64,000 nucleotides of DNA from a bacterium (GTDB lineage Bacteria; Zhuqueibacterota; Zhuqueibacteria; Residuimicrobiales; Krinioviventaceae), in the NCBI GenBank assembly GCA_963693055.1, contig OY843751.1, positions 704,001 through 768,000 on the forward strand, read 5' to 3'. Under the pieces are notes generated by a model. It did not search any database. It had not been told where the DNA came from and worked only from the letters and a program-made list of their open reading frames with translations. Positions 62,623 to 64,000 of the stretch are shown one piece after another (position 1 is the stretch's first letter; each line of letters begins with the position of its first letter). The position numbers and the translations under genes were made by a program.

Positions 62623-64000
62623 ATGAAAAATAACAGTCACACATTACCCCTGAATGCCGCAGGACATCCACTACATCCACAGGGATTGTATGACCCCGCA
62701 TTTGAACATGATGCATGTGGTGTAGGATTTATTGCCAGGTTAAATGGAATTCCCGATCACTCGCTGGTTCTCGATTCCATTAAAATTTTGGTTAATTTGG
62801 AGCATCGTGGTGCTATAGGTGGTGACGCAGGTACTGGTGACGGAGCCGGTTTATTGCTGCAATTGCCTGATGCTTTTTTTCAATCATCTGACAGTGGTAT
62901 CAATTTCAAGCTTCCGAAAGCAGGCGAGTACGCGGTTGCCATGATCTTTTTGCCCACCGATACTGATATTCGAAAGCGATGTGTGAAAACATGCGAATCA
63001 ATTGTTGAAAAAGAAGGCTGTAAGGTACTGGGATGGAGAACCGTACCTGTACATAACGATCATCTTGGTGTTTTAGCCAAGTCCACACAACCCGAAATTG
63101 TACAGTTGTTTGTACATGGCTGTAAATTAACTGGTGAAGCATTTGAAAGAAAAATGTATGTTATGCGCCGGGTTATGGAAAAAGAAGTGCTTGGCTGGAC
63201 CGATGTTGACGCCAGTCAGTTTTATGTTGCAAGCTTTTCAGCAAAAACTATAGTATATAAAGGTTTGCTGACCGGAACACAACTGTCTACATTTTACCCG
63301 GATTTGAGCAGCAAGAATTTTCTGAGTGCATTCTCTATTGTTCACCAGCGTTACAGTACCAATACCTTGCCAACATGGAAACTGGCCCAGCCTTTCCGTA
63401 CACTTGCGCACAATGGAGAAATTAATACGCTGCGTGGTAATATTAACCGAATGCGTTCCCGTGAAGCAAAAATACAATCCGAGTTTTTTGGCAAAGATAT
63501 TAATAAACTCAAACCCATTCTGATTGAAGACGGTAGTGATTCCGCTATTTTTGATAACGGCCTTGAATTGCTGATTATGGCGGGACGTTCATTACCACAT
63601 GCTGCCATGATGATGGTTCCTGAGGCTTTTGGTCCTAAAATAAAAATGAGTGAAGATAAACGTGCTTTTTATGAATATCATTCCGCACTCATGGAGCCCT
63701 GGGACGGCCCGGCAGCTTTGGCCTTTACGGATGGTCGTTATATTGGGGCAACCCTTGACAGAAACGGACTGCGCCCTGCGCGTTATACCGTTACCAAAAA
63801 TGGACTTGTTATTATGGCATCTGAAACCGGTGTTTTGGATTTAGAGCCTGAAAATATATTACAGCGCGGCCGTTTACAGCCGGGCAAGATGTTCCTTGTT
63901 GATTTGGTACAGAATAGAATTGTACCGGATAATGAAATTAAAGCCAAGATATCCCGTCAAAAACCATATCGTCGTTGGGTGCGCGAAAATCACTTGCAGC
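62623..64000 (+). CDS. gltB: Glutamate synthase large subunit (runs off the window end; absent from the ORF track)
   Basis: ATG 62623; 'GLYDPAFEHDACGVGF', 'HRGA', 'HQRYSTNT', 'HNGEINT', 'MEPWDGPA'. Confidence 0.97.
   Translation, partial: MKNNSHTLPLNAAGHPLHPQGLYDPAFEHDACGVGFIARLNGIPDHSLVLDSIKILVNLEHRGAIGGDAGTGDGAGLLLQLPDAFFQSSDSGINFKLPKAGEYAVAMIFLPTDTDIRKRCVKTCESIVEKEGCKVLGWRTVPVHNDHLGVLAKSTQPEIVQLFVHGCKLTGEAFERKMYVMRRVMEKEVLGWTDVDASQFYVASFSAKTIVYKGLLTGTQLSTFYPDLSSKNFLSAFSIVHQRYSTNTLPTWKLAQPFRTLAHNGEINTLRGNINRMRSREAKIQSEFFGKDINKLKPILIEDGSDSAIFDNGLELLIMAGRSLPHAAMMMVPEAFGPKIKMSEDKRAFYEYHSALMEPWDGPAALAFTDGRYIGATLDRNGLRPARYTVTKNGLVIMASETGVLDLEPENILQRGRLQPGKMFLVDLVQNRIVPDNEIKAKISRQKPYRRWVRENHLQ

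Overview
A 64 kb AT-rich bacterial chromosome segment. Gene content suggests the FCB group (KSB1/Calditrichota/Ignavibacteria-like; inferred from five proteins with a YPNPFN-type C-terminal sorting domain, a SurA/PpiD protein and several beta-barrels). Housekeeping blocks: end of a SUF operon, a SurA-like PPIase, mannose-family PTS IIC/IID-HPr-EI-metK-ahcY, a cold-shock gene, greA, Lhr helicase, uvrA and the start of gltB. Two accessory regions stand out. (1) A 13.2-18.5 kb patch with a diverged duplicate gene fragment, REP/RAYT and IS remnants, and an intact low-GC RelE/HigB toxin-HTH antitoxin-SecB-like chaperone (TAC) operon; its right edge appears to have replaced the 3' end of an aminopeptidase C gene. 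(2) A 13 kb eight-gene minus-strand locus (23.0-36.0 kb). A lipoprotein, GAF-sigma54 activator, membrane Ser/Thr kinase-PEGA, secreted Kelch protein and TPR protein precede a readable sigma54 promoter (enhancer-like palindrome, IHF site, -24/-12), which sits in front of three secreted vWA/VIT-vWA genes. This is the best candidate for an undescribed system. Also noted: a tandem-MerR/B12-radical SAM/HlyIII operon, a perfect 20-bp LuxR-type box, and promoter-proximal terminator hairpins in the greA and gltB leaders. No rRNA, tRNA or CRISPR array was recognised. All calls come from reading the sequence; no database searches were run.
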